Under the pieces are notes generated by a model that worked only from the letters and a program-made list of their open reading frames with translations, made no database searches and had not been told where the DNA came from. This document shows positions 52,861 through 64,000 of a DNA stretch of 64,000 nucleotides, one piece after another; the stretch's first letter is position 1, and every line of letters starts with the position of its first letter. Source of the DNA: Pelagomonas calceolata (Eukaryota); contig CAKKNE010000003.1 of NCBI GenBank assembly GCA_918797485.1, positions 434,001-498,000 of the forward strand, given 5' to 3'. The position numbers and the translations under genes were made by a program.

Positions 52861-54312
52861 GCGCCGATCTTCGCGGCCGCGGCCTTCTGGATCTGGCCGA
52901 CGTTCACGTTCGAGCGCGTGGTGTAGTTGATGTCGTCGACGGCGACGTCGGCGAGTCTGTCCTGGGCCCACGCCTTGAACCTGTGCGGAAATCAAACGCT
53001 CGGGTGAGTAAGCCTAAGACGCCTCGTGCGAGGACGCCGAGCTCGTCGAGGCGGCCAGGCCGGCCTGACGCACTGGTTGATTTCCGCACCGGGAAGGGCT
53101 CGGGATACGACACCTTGCCGTTGCCGTTTTCGTCGAGCTGCTCCCAGACGCGGACCGCCTGGTCCTTCGACAGACCGGCGCCCAATAAGTAGAAGCGGAC
53201 GTCCTTGCCCGTCAGCTGGCGGTCGCGCGTGCCTGTGTAGGCAAGCTCGTACGCGAAGGCGACTGGTACCGTTCAAATTCGCGCCGGCGCGCGCCGTCCT
53301 GGAGGTCTATTTCTTTGAAGCTGTCGGCGATGAGCTCGATGGATTTGGTATAGGCGTAGTGTTGTAACTTCCTGTGTGGAAATCAACCAGTGTGTCGGGT
53401 GCACCCGATAATTCTTCACTAAATCATTTCTCGGCGATAACGTGGCCGCGCTGGTTCCGTCGAACGGTGATGAACCGGCATCGCCACGCCGTCGAGCAGG
53501 CGTCGCGTCGATGGCGTGAGGTCGACGCAGCGTTTCAGCGCGAACGCGCCGTAAATTTTGATTTCCACACAGGTAACTTCGCTACGGTCCTGCGTCGCGA
53601 TCGCGTCAATTACGTCACGGCGATGGCGTGATGATTCCGACGCGGGTATGGCACATGAGGTTGCTGCCCGAGTGGTCCATGTCGAAGACTGTGCGGAAAT
53701 CAAACGTTCGGGTGAGTAAGTCCAGGCCGGTCTGACGCACTGGTTGATTTCCGCGCTGGTCTCCGACAGGTGGCGTTGGCCTCTCCAGCGGCGACACCGC
53801 GCGTGCCCATGAGGCGGACGTACTCGGCGCGCGAGATCTGGAAGTCGCCTGCGCGTGGTCGCGCAGTGAAGCGGGGGCCCACGGCACGGGAGTCCACGTG
53901 CCGTCGGCGGCCGGACCGCGATGGTCTCGAGCGGTCCGGCCCCGGCGGTTCTCTCAGGAGAGAGGCGGCGCGTGGGATTGGTTGTTGTTGTTGTTGTTGT
54001 TGTTGATCCTACGACGCGGGCGCCCGCCGTCGTCGAGCGAGTCGAAGATCTCGCGGAGCACGGCCGCGCGCTCGTGGCGGATAAGCGGCTTGGCGAGCAC
54101 GACGTCCTTGGCGGGCTTGGCGGAGGTGGAGGCGGCGGAGCCCTGCGCGGCGCGGCGGCGTCCGGTGGCGAGTCGGCGACCAGCGGCCGGCGCGAGATTT
54201 TTTTCGACGAAGAAGCCGTGGGCGGCGGCCGGGCCCGGCCGCCGCGGCCGCGTGGGTACATACGGCGTCCGTGACGCCCGCCCGGCGGACCGCGGACGCG
54301 ATGTCTCACCAT
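52857..54312 (-). CDS. Putative N-myristoylated EF-hand calcium-binding protein (192 aa, 8 exons)
   Basis: Exons 54310-54312, 54028-54142, 53768-53848, 53655-53688, 53578-53589, 53295-53371, 53100-53232, 52857-52980 total 579 nt in one frame: MGSAAST..DDGDFQISRAE..DMDHSG..DENGNGKVSYPEF. Confidence 0.72.
52981..53091 (-). mobile_element. Introner-like element, family A
   Basis: CTGTGCGGAAATCAA ... TTGATTTCCGCACCG; internal sequence shared with 53689-53758. Confidence 0.8.
53372..53572 (-). mobile_element. Introner-like element, family A, 201 bp, perfect 15-bp TIR and 8-bp TSD
   Basis: GTAACTTC-[CTGTGTGGAAATCAA...TTGATTTCCACACAG]-GTAACTTC. Confidence 0.92.
53689..53758 (-). mobile_element. 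Introner-like element, family A
   Basis: CTGTGCGGAAATCAA ... TTGATTTCCGCGCTG. Confidence 0.8.
53981..54005. repeat. (GTT)8 microsatellite within a predicted intron
   Basis: Read directly from the sequence. Confidence 0.9.
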
Positions 54313-54754
54313 TGTGTTAATTTTATGTAATTGACCTAAAAGAAATTGAGGTGGCGTCGCGCGTTCAAGCGACGCGCGCGCGCCGACGGTGTCTGACGGG
54401 CGATTGGCGCGCGTGCGCGTTGTTTGCGGCGCCGCAGTTTACAAGCTCGTAATGTAGTCTAGGGACGACCCGGCGCACGAAACCCGCACAATCACCGGCA
54501 AGGCTGGGAGCCTTCTCCGAGAGAGGTATCGGAGCCCGGAACACAGCTGGTGTCCCGCGCGCATCACCCTACTAGGCTCATCAGCGCCGCTCGGCAGGGC
54601 TGGGCAGCGCTTGGCAAAAGGGCCGCTGCACGCCCTGCGGGACGGGATGGGCAGCAGCTAAGCAAGCCAGCGACACCACAGCACTCGGGCCAAGCAGCCC
54701 GCGAGGCCAGAACCACCGTATCAAAGAGGCACTCATAACACAAAAACAGCAAGG

Positions 54755-57700
54755 ATGGCGGCCCGCTCCCCCCCACCGAAGGCCTGGGAGCCGACGCGAC
54801 CGTCGACGCCGAAACGACTAGCCAATGACTGGTCGAGCGTCCGCACGCCGCCGTCCGTCGCTTCACTAGCAAGAGCGGAATTGGCCACTGGCTCGGCGAT
54901 GCACTCGATAGCGCTGAGCGGCGGCGCCTCGCGTGCAAGGACACCACCGCGCGGCGTCAAACGCACCCCCGAACACAGCGCCCTGCGCACGCTGCAGTTG
55001 GAACAGGGGTACGACCAGACGCTAAACAGCAAACCGGGCATACCGGCATACAAGCCCGACGAGGCCTTCCACCGGACGCTGACCTATAAGCAGTCGCCCT
55101 ACGGCAAGATGGCTCAACTTGCAGCCAAGAGGGAGCTCGCGAAATTAGCTGCAAGGCCGACGCCCAAGCGCCATGCCAAGCGCAAGGACCTGGACGCGCA
55201 CGGCTTCCCCATGTCCCTCGAGCAACGAGCGTTGGACGCGCGTACGGAGGCGTTAGAAGCGTACGATGCAGCTGCTAGGAGCGCTACTCGAAGGGAAGCA
55301 GCATTAGATGCGATGCTTAACGCGCTGCCTGGTCTGTCCGAGGTTGTCATCGAGTCGACCGATGCTAGTATAGAGGAGCTCAAAAGGCGCCTTGATGAGC
55401 GCGGCGTGGACTACCAGGGGTGCGTCCACAAGGCCGACCTTGTTACGTTGCTACAACGAACGCAGCTCGAGGACTCCCAAAGACTAGCAGAAAAGCAGCA
55501 GCAAGCGCGGCAATTGATAGATGAGCTCCGGGAGCGCACGTTAGAAGCCGTCGAGGCCATCGTCGAGTGGCGCCAGAAAGTCGCCGCGCTAGATGACGTC
55601 CAAAACGTGCAGACCGCGCCGCCGCCCTTTCTGTGGGAGGGGGCGAACTACCTCGTCACGCTAGCTTCCGGGGACGATGTCAAGCAGTTGCTGCAGGCGA
55701 CTCCATCGGAATGTCGAATCAAGGGTCCCGTGTCGCGGAATCCTCTACTTACTGAAGTAGATATTGATACATTGGCATCAACAAAGGATGAGGGCGACCT
55801 GCCCGCCGACGCCGTCGTCAAACGAAGTACAGCGACGTCTGATCGACTGGCGTTTCTGCGAAGGAGGCGCGTCGCGCGAGCGCTCGTTGCCGAAGAGAGG
55901 GCAGAGGCCATCAAACGCGTGCGGGACCACGTCGCGCCCGGGCCTAAACCTCAAACGGAGCTACCGACACGATTGGCACTATCAGCGTCGGAGTTGGAGA
56001 GAGTAAAGCCGCCCGCCTTGGACCCGCCTGAACTGGAACTGCTCGGCTACGACTCCATGCCGCCCCTACCGATCGTGGCGACGTTCACTTGTTTGCATCT
56101 AGTGTTGAATCCCGAAGCGGTCAAGACGCACGGGAGAGGATTACCAGATGCGCAAGTTCTGCAGTCGCGGCCCTTGAGGCACACACTCTTGAAAGCACCT
56201 CGTAAACTAGCGACGCAACTGCAAGCCTTCGACGCGTCGCGACGCTTGCCGAGGGAAGTCCTGCAGCTCCTGTGGCCCGTCCTCACGGCGGAACGATTCA
56301 CGGCAGCGGAAGTCACGGCGCTCTCCGCAGCCGCCGGCGCCGTGTTTGCGTGGCTGAGAGAAGTTGTTGTTGTGCAGGGCACCAAAATAGGGGAAGAAGA
56401 AGTCCAGTCCAAAACCAGGGAGCAGTACGACGACCGGGTCGAGGAGGCGGTCACTGGTTTAGTGGCGGACGTCGAATCTTCGAGTGATGACGATCGTATC
56501 GTAGACGATGGCAAACTACCGCCTCGCCAGACGCGGGCTCAACGAGCCGCCACGGTCCTCCGGACGAGGACGGAAAGGAGATCGATGCCGAACATCGCTG
56601 ACGGCGAGGTCAAGGACACGTCGGAGGTTAGGTCATTAGTCCACAATCTGTGGACCGAGGTGGCTCAGTTGAGAGATGAACTGCGGGGCACGAAGCAGAT
56701 GAAGCCGGTATCAAGTTTCGTGGACCCGACGACGAGACGCGTCAGCATGCACGATCCCCAGTCGAAGACGACGAAGGAGGAGATCTACGCCGGTGACGTC
56801 ATTCTTGGTGGTAAAAGTGTGTCCTTACGACTGCAGAGTGTCTATGTGGACGCGACGAAGCAGGAGTACAAGCTTGGTATAAATGGCACGGAACACTTAC
56901 TCATCATAGTGCAGGAGCCGACGTGCATCGAGCCCTGGCCCGTTCGGGCCTTACCAGCCGTCGATGTTGATAGACTAACGGGCAAGCTCCCGTCGGAATT
57001 AGTTACCTTACCTCTGGACGACCGTAAAAAAACACTGAAGCCCTTACTCGCAGCTCTCATGGTCACGTCCGACAAAAATGTGGGCGTGCCTACGGTAGAC
57101 GTGTTGCATCGCCTCGAGAAAGTCCTGAACAGCGTGCAGTTGGATGTGACCGTCTCGAAGCCCGAACGGGCCCACAACGACGCGACCGTCGCGCCCAAGA
57201 GCTGTAGAAACACACCGACCATCTCCCTGAAAATTACCGCCAAACCAACCCCCTGGGAACGGGAGCAGATCGCGGCCCAGGGCCACGATCCTATTGATGT
57301 TATGCATTTGACGGTTGATGATGCTGAACTACAGTTATTGTTAGTCCACCAAGAAGGGTTGTACGAGCGCGCGCGACAGAAGTGGCGCGCTTTGGATTCC
57401 GTGGCGCAGTGGATCGCCAGTCGTCTGCGTTTCGAGCGGCGGCACCGCGCCGATGCGCACAATCCGGGCGACGCGCCGGACCCGAACCTTGTGAGTCGTT
57501 TGTACCTGGATCGCTCCGTACCGCTACCGCCGCAAGTCGCGCGGGCGCCGTCGTTACCCCAAAAGTGTATTTTCGACGCGGTCCAGCGAGACGATGTTCT
57601 GGTTCTACGGCTGAAGCCTACGGATAATTCCGGCGCGGCCGATCAGCGAGCCTCGGCGTTGGTGGAGCAAGATGTCACTATCGATGAGTTGCGAGCGTTG

Positions 57701-60700
57701 ACCAAGCCGCCGCGCTACGCCCCGAAGGGCGAATCGCGACTGGCGGCGCTCGCATCGCTGAGGCAGCGCGTCGCCGTCGAGTGGTTACGAGCTCCCCGTC
57801 CTACCCAAGTGGGTCCGCGCAAGTCCTTCGGAGATATACCCAGTACAAAGGGTGAGGCCGTACTCCATCTAGATAGGGTGGTCCACCGCGAGGTGCGCCG
57901 TATCAGTGGTGTTTCTGTGCACCTGCAAGCATTGGTACGCGGCACTTCACTCCTCTTCCGCGCGTGCACCGTCGGGCCGCCACCTATCGACGAGGGCGTG
58001 GAGCTCGCGAAGAATGACACCGAGGTGGTGTTGCCCACCGACTCCGACGCGTCGGAAGACGAGGATAAACCTTCGTTAAAATCGAAGCCGCTCCAAGTGC
58101 CGTCCGTGAGCCCGTCCTTCGACTTGTCAAGGGTCGTCGACGAGAAGGAGATGCGGTTGCTCGTGCAGGGTGAGCTCAAAGACCGGGAAGGGTTACTACA
58201 TCCTTATTACAGAGGTGCTTTGGCGGCCGTATTGGCGCCCAAGTTGAAATTAGTGAAAACTAGTGGAAAGAGTAGGAAACCGGGCGACGACGCTTCATTA
58301 CAAGCCACCACAAATGATAGATACACCTTGGAAACCATGCTCGTGCACGAAAAGCATACGTTATCTGTCGGCGTCGGTGGCTCGAAGAAGCGGCACTTAC
58401 TTGGTTCCTTGGCTGTCGACGATAGTACAACGCTAGAAGAAGCTCGAAAGCTGATCCACCTGGAGTTCGACGACGTGGACGTGCCCGAGGACTTTCGGTT
58501 TGTCTACCGGGGCGCGCCGTGTCCGCGGAAGCAAGAACCGTATCGCTTCGCCGTGGAATGCAAGCCTTGCCTCATCCTAGCCGTAAAGCCGGTAGAAGGG
58601 AAGCTAAAAGTAGGGACAAAAGTAATGGTCGACGGCACGCCCGGCACGATCGAGCGCATACGGAAGAGCGGCCGCGTCGACGTGACGTTTCCTAGCAAAC
58701 CACCGGAAAAGGACCGGAAGCTGAAGAACGTCAGGCGGGGCGACTTAACTTTACCTAACAAGCAGGAGGGCGCGGGCTACGCCTGGACGACGCAGGCGGA
58801 TGATGACGCTCGAAGATTGCGGGACGAGATCCGTAGATTAAGAGCTGTTAATGCCGGACCAGAAGCTGTGGAAGAATTTGAGGAAGAACAGAAGAAACGA
58901 CGGCGACGACGACGGAAACGCAGACATGCGGTACGAGCGGGAAAAGCTCTGCGGGTCGAGAACGAGGACGCGCGGTCCGACGCCGAGAAACCCGCTGCGG
59001 ACCCGGAGCTCATCGACGGTCCTGCACCTCCCTTGGATGTCGTCGCTATTCCCCTCGAGACGACGGCCTCCACTACACAAGGTTCCAGAAGGATCACTTT
59101 ACAAGATGACTTGGCGCTATTTGACGTCACTTCGGCAGATGTGTTGCGAGTAGGCTCCATCGATGGCGCGTCGTACCGAATTGCGAAAACGCACGAATGG
59201 AAGCATATCCTACCAAATGATCAGATCAAGTTCGCTTTTTGCCCGTGTGACCAGAACCCGATGACGCACCTCCGGAAAAGATTTTACCCGCTCGAGCCGG
59301 ACCCGGAAGCTCCACCGTATCTAGATGATGCTTACCACAGTACACTGTTGGCCATGCGCGGCACGGAGGTCGTTATCGGACGCGAGTACGACTACTTCCT
59401 GTCCGCACCGGTCGAGGCCGAGCGCAAGATGCAGCGCGCGCGTATTTCGGCGAAGGAAGGTCGCGTGTCGAGGAACACGCGATTGTCCTTAGATAGCGAA
59501 ACGGGCTTGGAGCGGGAAGAGACGGAGAAGAAGGCCGACGAGCTCCCTGACGTCGATCCAGAAGACGTGGTCCCGCACGGCACGCGCTTGTCGAACCTAC
59601 CTGTCTACAAACTTATTCCTAGAGCTTTGGACCTGCGGCCGGAGTGGCGGCGGGCCTTTGATGAGGGTAGGGTCGTACCCGTCCGCGACTTCATCAATTC
59701 TCCAATGAGTTTAAATCATTTCAGGGTACCTTTAACATATGAACATATAGAAACGTTAGTAGTGGATGTCCGCTCCAGAAATGCACAGATCCACGAACAA
59801 CGACTCCATTATTTTGAAGATATAGATCCCAATCATCTAGTCGATCAATTACACTCGATGCTGTGCTCGTGGTACCCGCAGACGGAAAATGTGGACAGTC
59901 AGAAGTGGTCGAAGTTCGCGAAGGACTATGAACTCATCCCGGGCATGCAGGACCCCATGAGGGTCGCGCAAGTGGACCTGGCCATGCGTAGGCAGTTCAA
60001 GAAAAAAGATGGTACGTTCGACCGAGGAGGTAAGATGACCAGGGCGCAGCTGAGGCAAGCACTTACTGAGGTAGCCTTTACGAAGTTTCCGGTGTTTGTC
60101 GATCCGGACAAGGAGAAGCTCGAGAAGCAGCAAAGAGAAGAAGCTGCCGAGGCTTCAAGGCTCAAGAACCTGGCGGGTCGGGTGGACCACGAGACGCTGC
60201 GGAAGCACGAGATCGTTGTTGGGGGGAGAGGCGGTTCGTTACTGGATCGGTTCAAGGAGAGTGCGGCCATGACGGGCAAGTTGGGTGCTCGCGAGGCCGC
60301 GCCCGAACAGAACATCATCGCGGCGTTCAAATTTGTCGGTAGGGAGAACAAGGCCCTCAGGACACCTTCTGAGAGTTCTGAGGAGGAGGAGAACGAAGTC
60401 ACTGCAGAGGACTGGGAGTGGTTCAAAATGGACACCCTAAAACATCTGTTATTTGAAAAGACCGTCATGATCCCGGAGATGAACAAGCGAGCGTGGCGCG
60501 AGGCGAAAATACTGGCGATCAAGGAGGAGGGCTTGCGGCAATGTGCGTCAATTAGAGTGCAAGCTCGGCACCGGATGAGATGGTACAGGGCGTTGTATCT
60601 CTGCAAGCTCGGGGCGGTCGTATGTATACAAGCTTATGGTCGGAGATACATGTACCATCGGTTTTACTTAGTGAGGAGGAGGCAGATGGACCTTAGTCAG

Positions 60701-63528
60701 TTGTATCGGTATCGCATATTATCATCTTATCGTCTACAGTCGTGGTTGAGATACACTCAAATTAGTAGGGAGTACAAAGTACGGGTCGCGGAGGAGCGGA
60801 GAGATAAACGGGAACGGGCCATTGCTAGACGGAAGGAACAACATGAAAGAAGATTAACGAGAGACCGAGCCACCGTGTTCCGGCGGACCAAGAGGATGGC
60901 CGGAGTGATGGTTTGTTTAAGAATTGAAAGACTCGATCCATCTAGGATGAACGCGTGCATCGACTACGGCATGAAGCTGAAGGTCTTCGTGCCGCAGTCG
61001 CAGAAGACGTATACGTTCATCCTTGATGACTTGGAGGTTCGGTTAGCCATCGAAGGGCATGTGGGTAGGGATGGCCTATCCGGAGCGGAAATATTAGATC
61101 CGGACAACATCATGGCCATCGCCGACCGGTTGCTGGTGCGAGTGATCAATGGGAAACCAGTGGTCATTTTCTCGCGACGAGGCCGCGCCGAGCGCGGCAA
61201 GCAAGTTCATAAGGTAGGCAAGTTCATCGGTATCGGCGCGCCGGGCGAGGACGGCGAGGTGAAAGATTCAGAAGACCTCGAGAAGGCGGCGGTGAAGAAG
61301 GGCACGCAGTATGTTGTGACCTGTTTCCACAGCGACGACGAGATTGTTTTTCATGCCTATAATAATAGGAACTGCGAGACTTTACGTACTTCGATAACCA
61401 CAAGATTTATAAAAGCCTGGATCGAGCAAGATGAAGAAAGGAAGCAGGCTAAAGAGAGAAGCGAGTTCCTCAAGCGAGTCGCGGACGCGAGAAAGACGCT
61501 CCGGCTGCACGCGACGGGCATCGAGCAGGACGAGGACGATCTGAGGGAGGCCCAGAAGTTAGTGGATCAGCACAACCTCGAGCAGAAGAAGGAGGACCAG
61601 GAGGCCATCGCGGAGGGCGAGGCGCTGCCGGCCCCGGCTCCAGGCACTTCTAGACCTAGTACCGTCGATGCGGTCGCGGACGAAGGCGTGGGACGGGCTC
61701 GGACGGACGAGTCTATTAAGCGGGAAGGGGCCGTGCCCGGGGCGCCTCGACTCGTCCATCCTCTCCTGATGAAGGAGAACTTGCTGTTGTTGCTACAGTG
61801 GCTCATCGATCGTTTGCGAATAGTGGAGTACCGACGAGCCGGAGAAGATAGGGAACGTCATCGATTGATCCTGGAGTATGAATTGGAAGAGGTCGCCGTC
61901 GAGAAAGCAGCAATGTCGTTACAAGGACTCTGGAAGATGATGCAGAGCATCAAACGCATCCGACTGATGCTCTGCGCGAACTGGGAGAAGCGCTGGGATA
62001 GAGATTTTCAGGGCTGGTTCTACGTCAACTTGAAGACGAACGAGATGGGCTGGGACCCGCCGCGACTCTTGGGGGGTGGCGATCTTCCCGACCCGCCCGA
62101 CGAGTGGCGGACGATGTACGACGAGAACGGCGACGTGTTTTACATGAATCCCTACACGGGCCAGACGTCGTGGATGTCGGTCGAGGACGCGGCTCGTAAT
62201 CTGCAGAAGGCCTATCGGGCCAAACAAGCCGCTGATTTTGGCGCGCCGACGTTCGCGGATATTGTGAGGGCTTTACGCATGATACGAGAGGTGGAGCAGA
62301 AGTACGAGGAGCACCCCGACCGGTTGTCGTCGATGGTCAACTACGCCCTACTGTTAGCTACGCAAAGGTTTGACTTAATTGGTGCGAAGAAACTCTACAA
62401 AGATGCGATGGAAATAAGTCCCGAGAATCCTGTACTATTAAGGGCCTACGGCATATTCATGCTCGCGACGCTCGAAGCGCCGCGGGAGCGAATTTTTAGG
62501 AAGGCCCTGGACTACTTCAAGAACGCGGAGTTGCGAGATCCTGGTAGAGAAAGATTTGAAATCGCCGAGGAGTCCATGTACCACTGGAATTGCGTCGCGC
62601 AGCGCGAGAACCCTCTGGCGTTACTGAACTACGCTTTGCTGCAACAGTACCTCGTGAAGGACATCCCGCGGGCGGAGCGGTTCTTCCACCGGGCCATCTC
62701 CGCTTTGAAGGATACGCAGGACGCGCCGGATCCGGCGCGGCCGGCGGTCATCGAGAACTTTGAATTGTTCGAGCTGGAGAGATTGCCGGGCGGGGAATTC
62801 CATACGCCTACTCCGAGCAACACGGTCGTGCGGAACAGCGAACTCGTGGGGAACGGCGCGCGAATCAATTTCACACTTCAAACCATGGCGTGGCGCGTCG
62901 TTTGTGCGCCATCGCCGCGGCGTCTGCTCGAGGGCGCGGTGCGTCGTTCATACGCCATCGCCGCGGCGTCCGCTCGATGGCGCGGCGCGTCGTTTGTGCG
63001 CCATCGCCGCGACCGAGAACGAGTCACCGGTCGCTTGGCGCACAGGTCGAGGAGCGGCCCGAGTGGGGCGAGTGGGGCCGTTATAGTCATGAGAACGTCC
63101 TGAAGCCCAAGTCCGCGTTTTACTTCTGGCTCAACCCCATCACGAAAAGGGCGTCTTGGGCGGAGCCGAACTGGGAAGTGGCTTACAGGCAGCGCATCGA
63201 GCGGTCCGAATTCGTCGGAGAAAAACAAGGCTGGGAGCAGTACTGGGATCCTAGGTTTGAGTGCAACTTCTTCTACAACGTCATGGATGGTAGATTGACG
63301 TGCGTCGACCCCGTTGCTGGTGGTGCAGAGGGTGAAGAGGGCGCCGGGAAGACGTTGGCGGCGATAGAAGCGGAACAGAACGCCCCTCCCCCAGAACCCG
63401 AGCCGGAACCGGACGGGCCCATGCGCGCTCTGACGGCGGAGGAGGAGAAGCTGGGGATGACGGGGCCGATGCTCCTGAAGAATGACCCGCACCAGGCGGT
63501 GGAGAACGCGCCGGTGTACAAGGGGTAG
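54755..63528 (+). CDS. Giant (about 2857 aa) multidomain protein with IQ motifs, WW domains and TPRs; intron 62846-63045
   Basis: 2782-codon ORF joined in frame (NSEL|VEER) to ORF 62890; VQARHR and IQAYGR IQ motifs; W..FYVN..W.PP WW motifs; TPR-like helices. Confidence 0.85.
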
Positions 63529-63660
63529 TAAGACAAATTGTGTTTTATTACTAGCTCGCGAAGTAGCGCAGTTAGCAGCGCGCAGAGAGGGACTGAGAAA
63601 AAAACGGGTTTTCTAGGGCAATAACTATTGTTTGTAGCCACGGAGACGCGCGCTATAGAA

Positions 63661-64000
63661 ATGACTCTCCAAGAGTACTTCCGAGGTTGCTGCAACTGGT
63701 GTGATGTCGAAGAAGTTCGCAAGTGCCTGGACAACGTGTATCAGGGACCTGTATTATCACCAAACGAAGAGTTTACTAACAAACACATGCGCCCAGGGGA
63801 GTTCAGCATTCCCCTGACGCATGTCTGCTATGATGCGCTTTGGGGCAACCTTCCGAATTCGAACGAAAGGTGTCTCGCCACGGCCGCGCTGCTACTCGAT
63901 CGCGGCGCGGACGTGAATAAACTCGCAGGCGGCAGGGGGGACCTCGAAACGCCACTACGTTCGGCATGCAGTTCGAGCCAGGTAAAGATCGAACTCTTGC
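63661..64000 (+). CDS. Ankyrin-repeat protein, N-terminal part; runs off the window end
   Basis: MTLQEYFRGCC..DVEEVRKCLD..ALLLDRGADVNK..ETPLRSAC. Confidence 0.7.
   Translation, partial: MTLQEYFRGCCNWCDVEEVRKCLDNVYQGPVLSPNEEFTNKHMRPGEFSIPLTHVCYDALWGNLPNSNERCLATAALLLDRGADVNKLAGGRGDLETPLRSACSSSQVKIELL

Noticed and set aside
62846..63103. Frameshift or pseudogene reading of split ORFs (here and in TLK, ZEP, LHC, BRO1, Myb)
   Set aside because: Each break is resolved in frame by a GT-AG intron.

Overview
GC-rich, gene-dense eukaryotic nuclear DNA from a photosynthetic stramenopile, most likely a pelagophyte such as Pelagomonas or Aureococcus. This is inferred from the LHC, zeaxanthin epoxidase, mastigoneme-type EGF and DUF285 genes, the signal-peptide-like leaders and the intron style; it is not confirmed by any search. 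About 35 protein-coding genes or fragments can be supported, mostly as divergent pairs. I see no rRNA, tRNA or CRISPR. Main unusual signals: (1) a 22-25 bp CTAG-N13-15-CTAG element (consensus GCTAGCGGCNNGTAAGACACTAGC) present 14 times, always intergenic and nearly always upstream of a gene or in a bidirectional promoter; (2) many introns that look like tiny DNA transposons (introners), with terminal inverted repeats that supply the AG acceptor, two perfect 8-bp target-site duplications and several GC donors, including seven introns in one 192-aa EF-hand gene; (3) a dispersed MYND-RINGv-TPR putative E3-ligase family (2 full copies, 3 fragments) with a conserved N-terminus and a divergent TPR region, whose fragments are fused head-to-head with other truncated genes. 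Domain calls are by motif recognition, and intron models were built by hand and checked only for reading frame.
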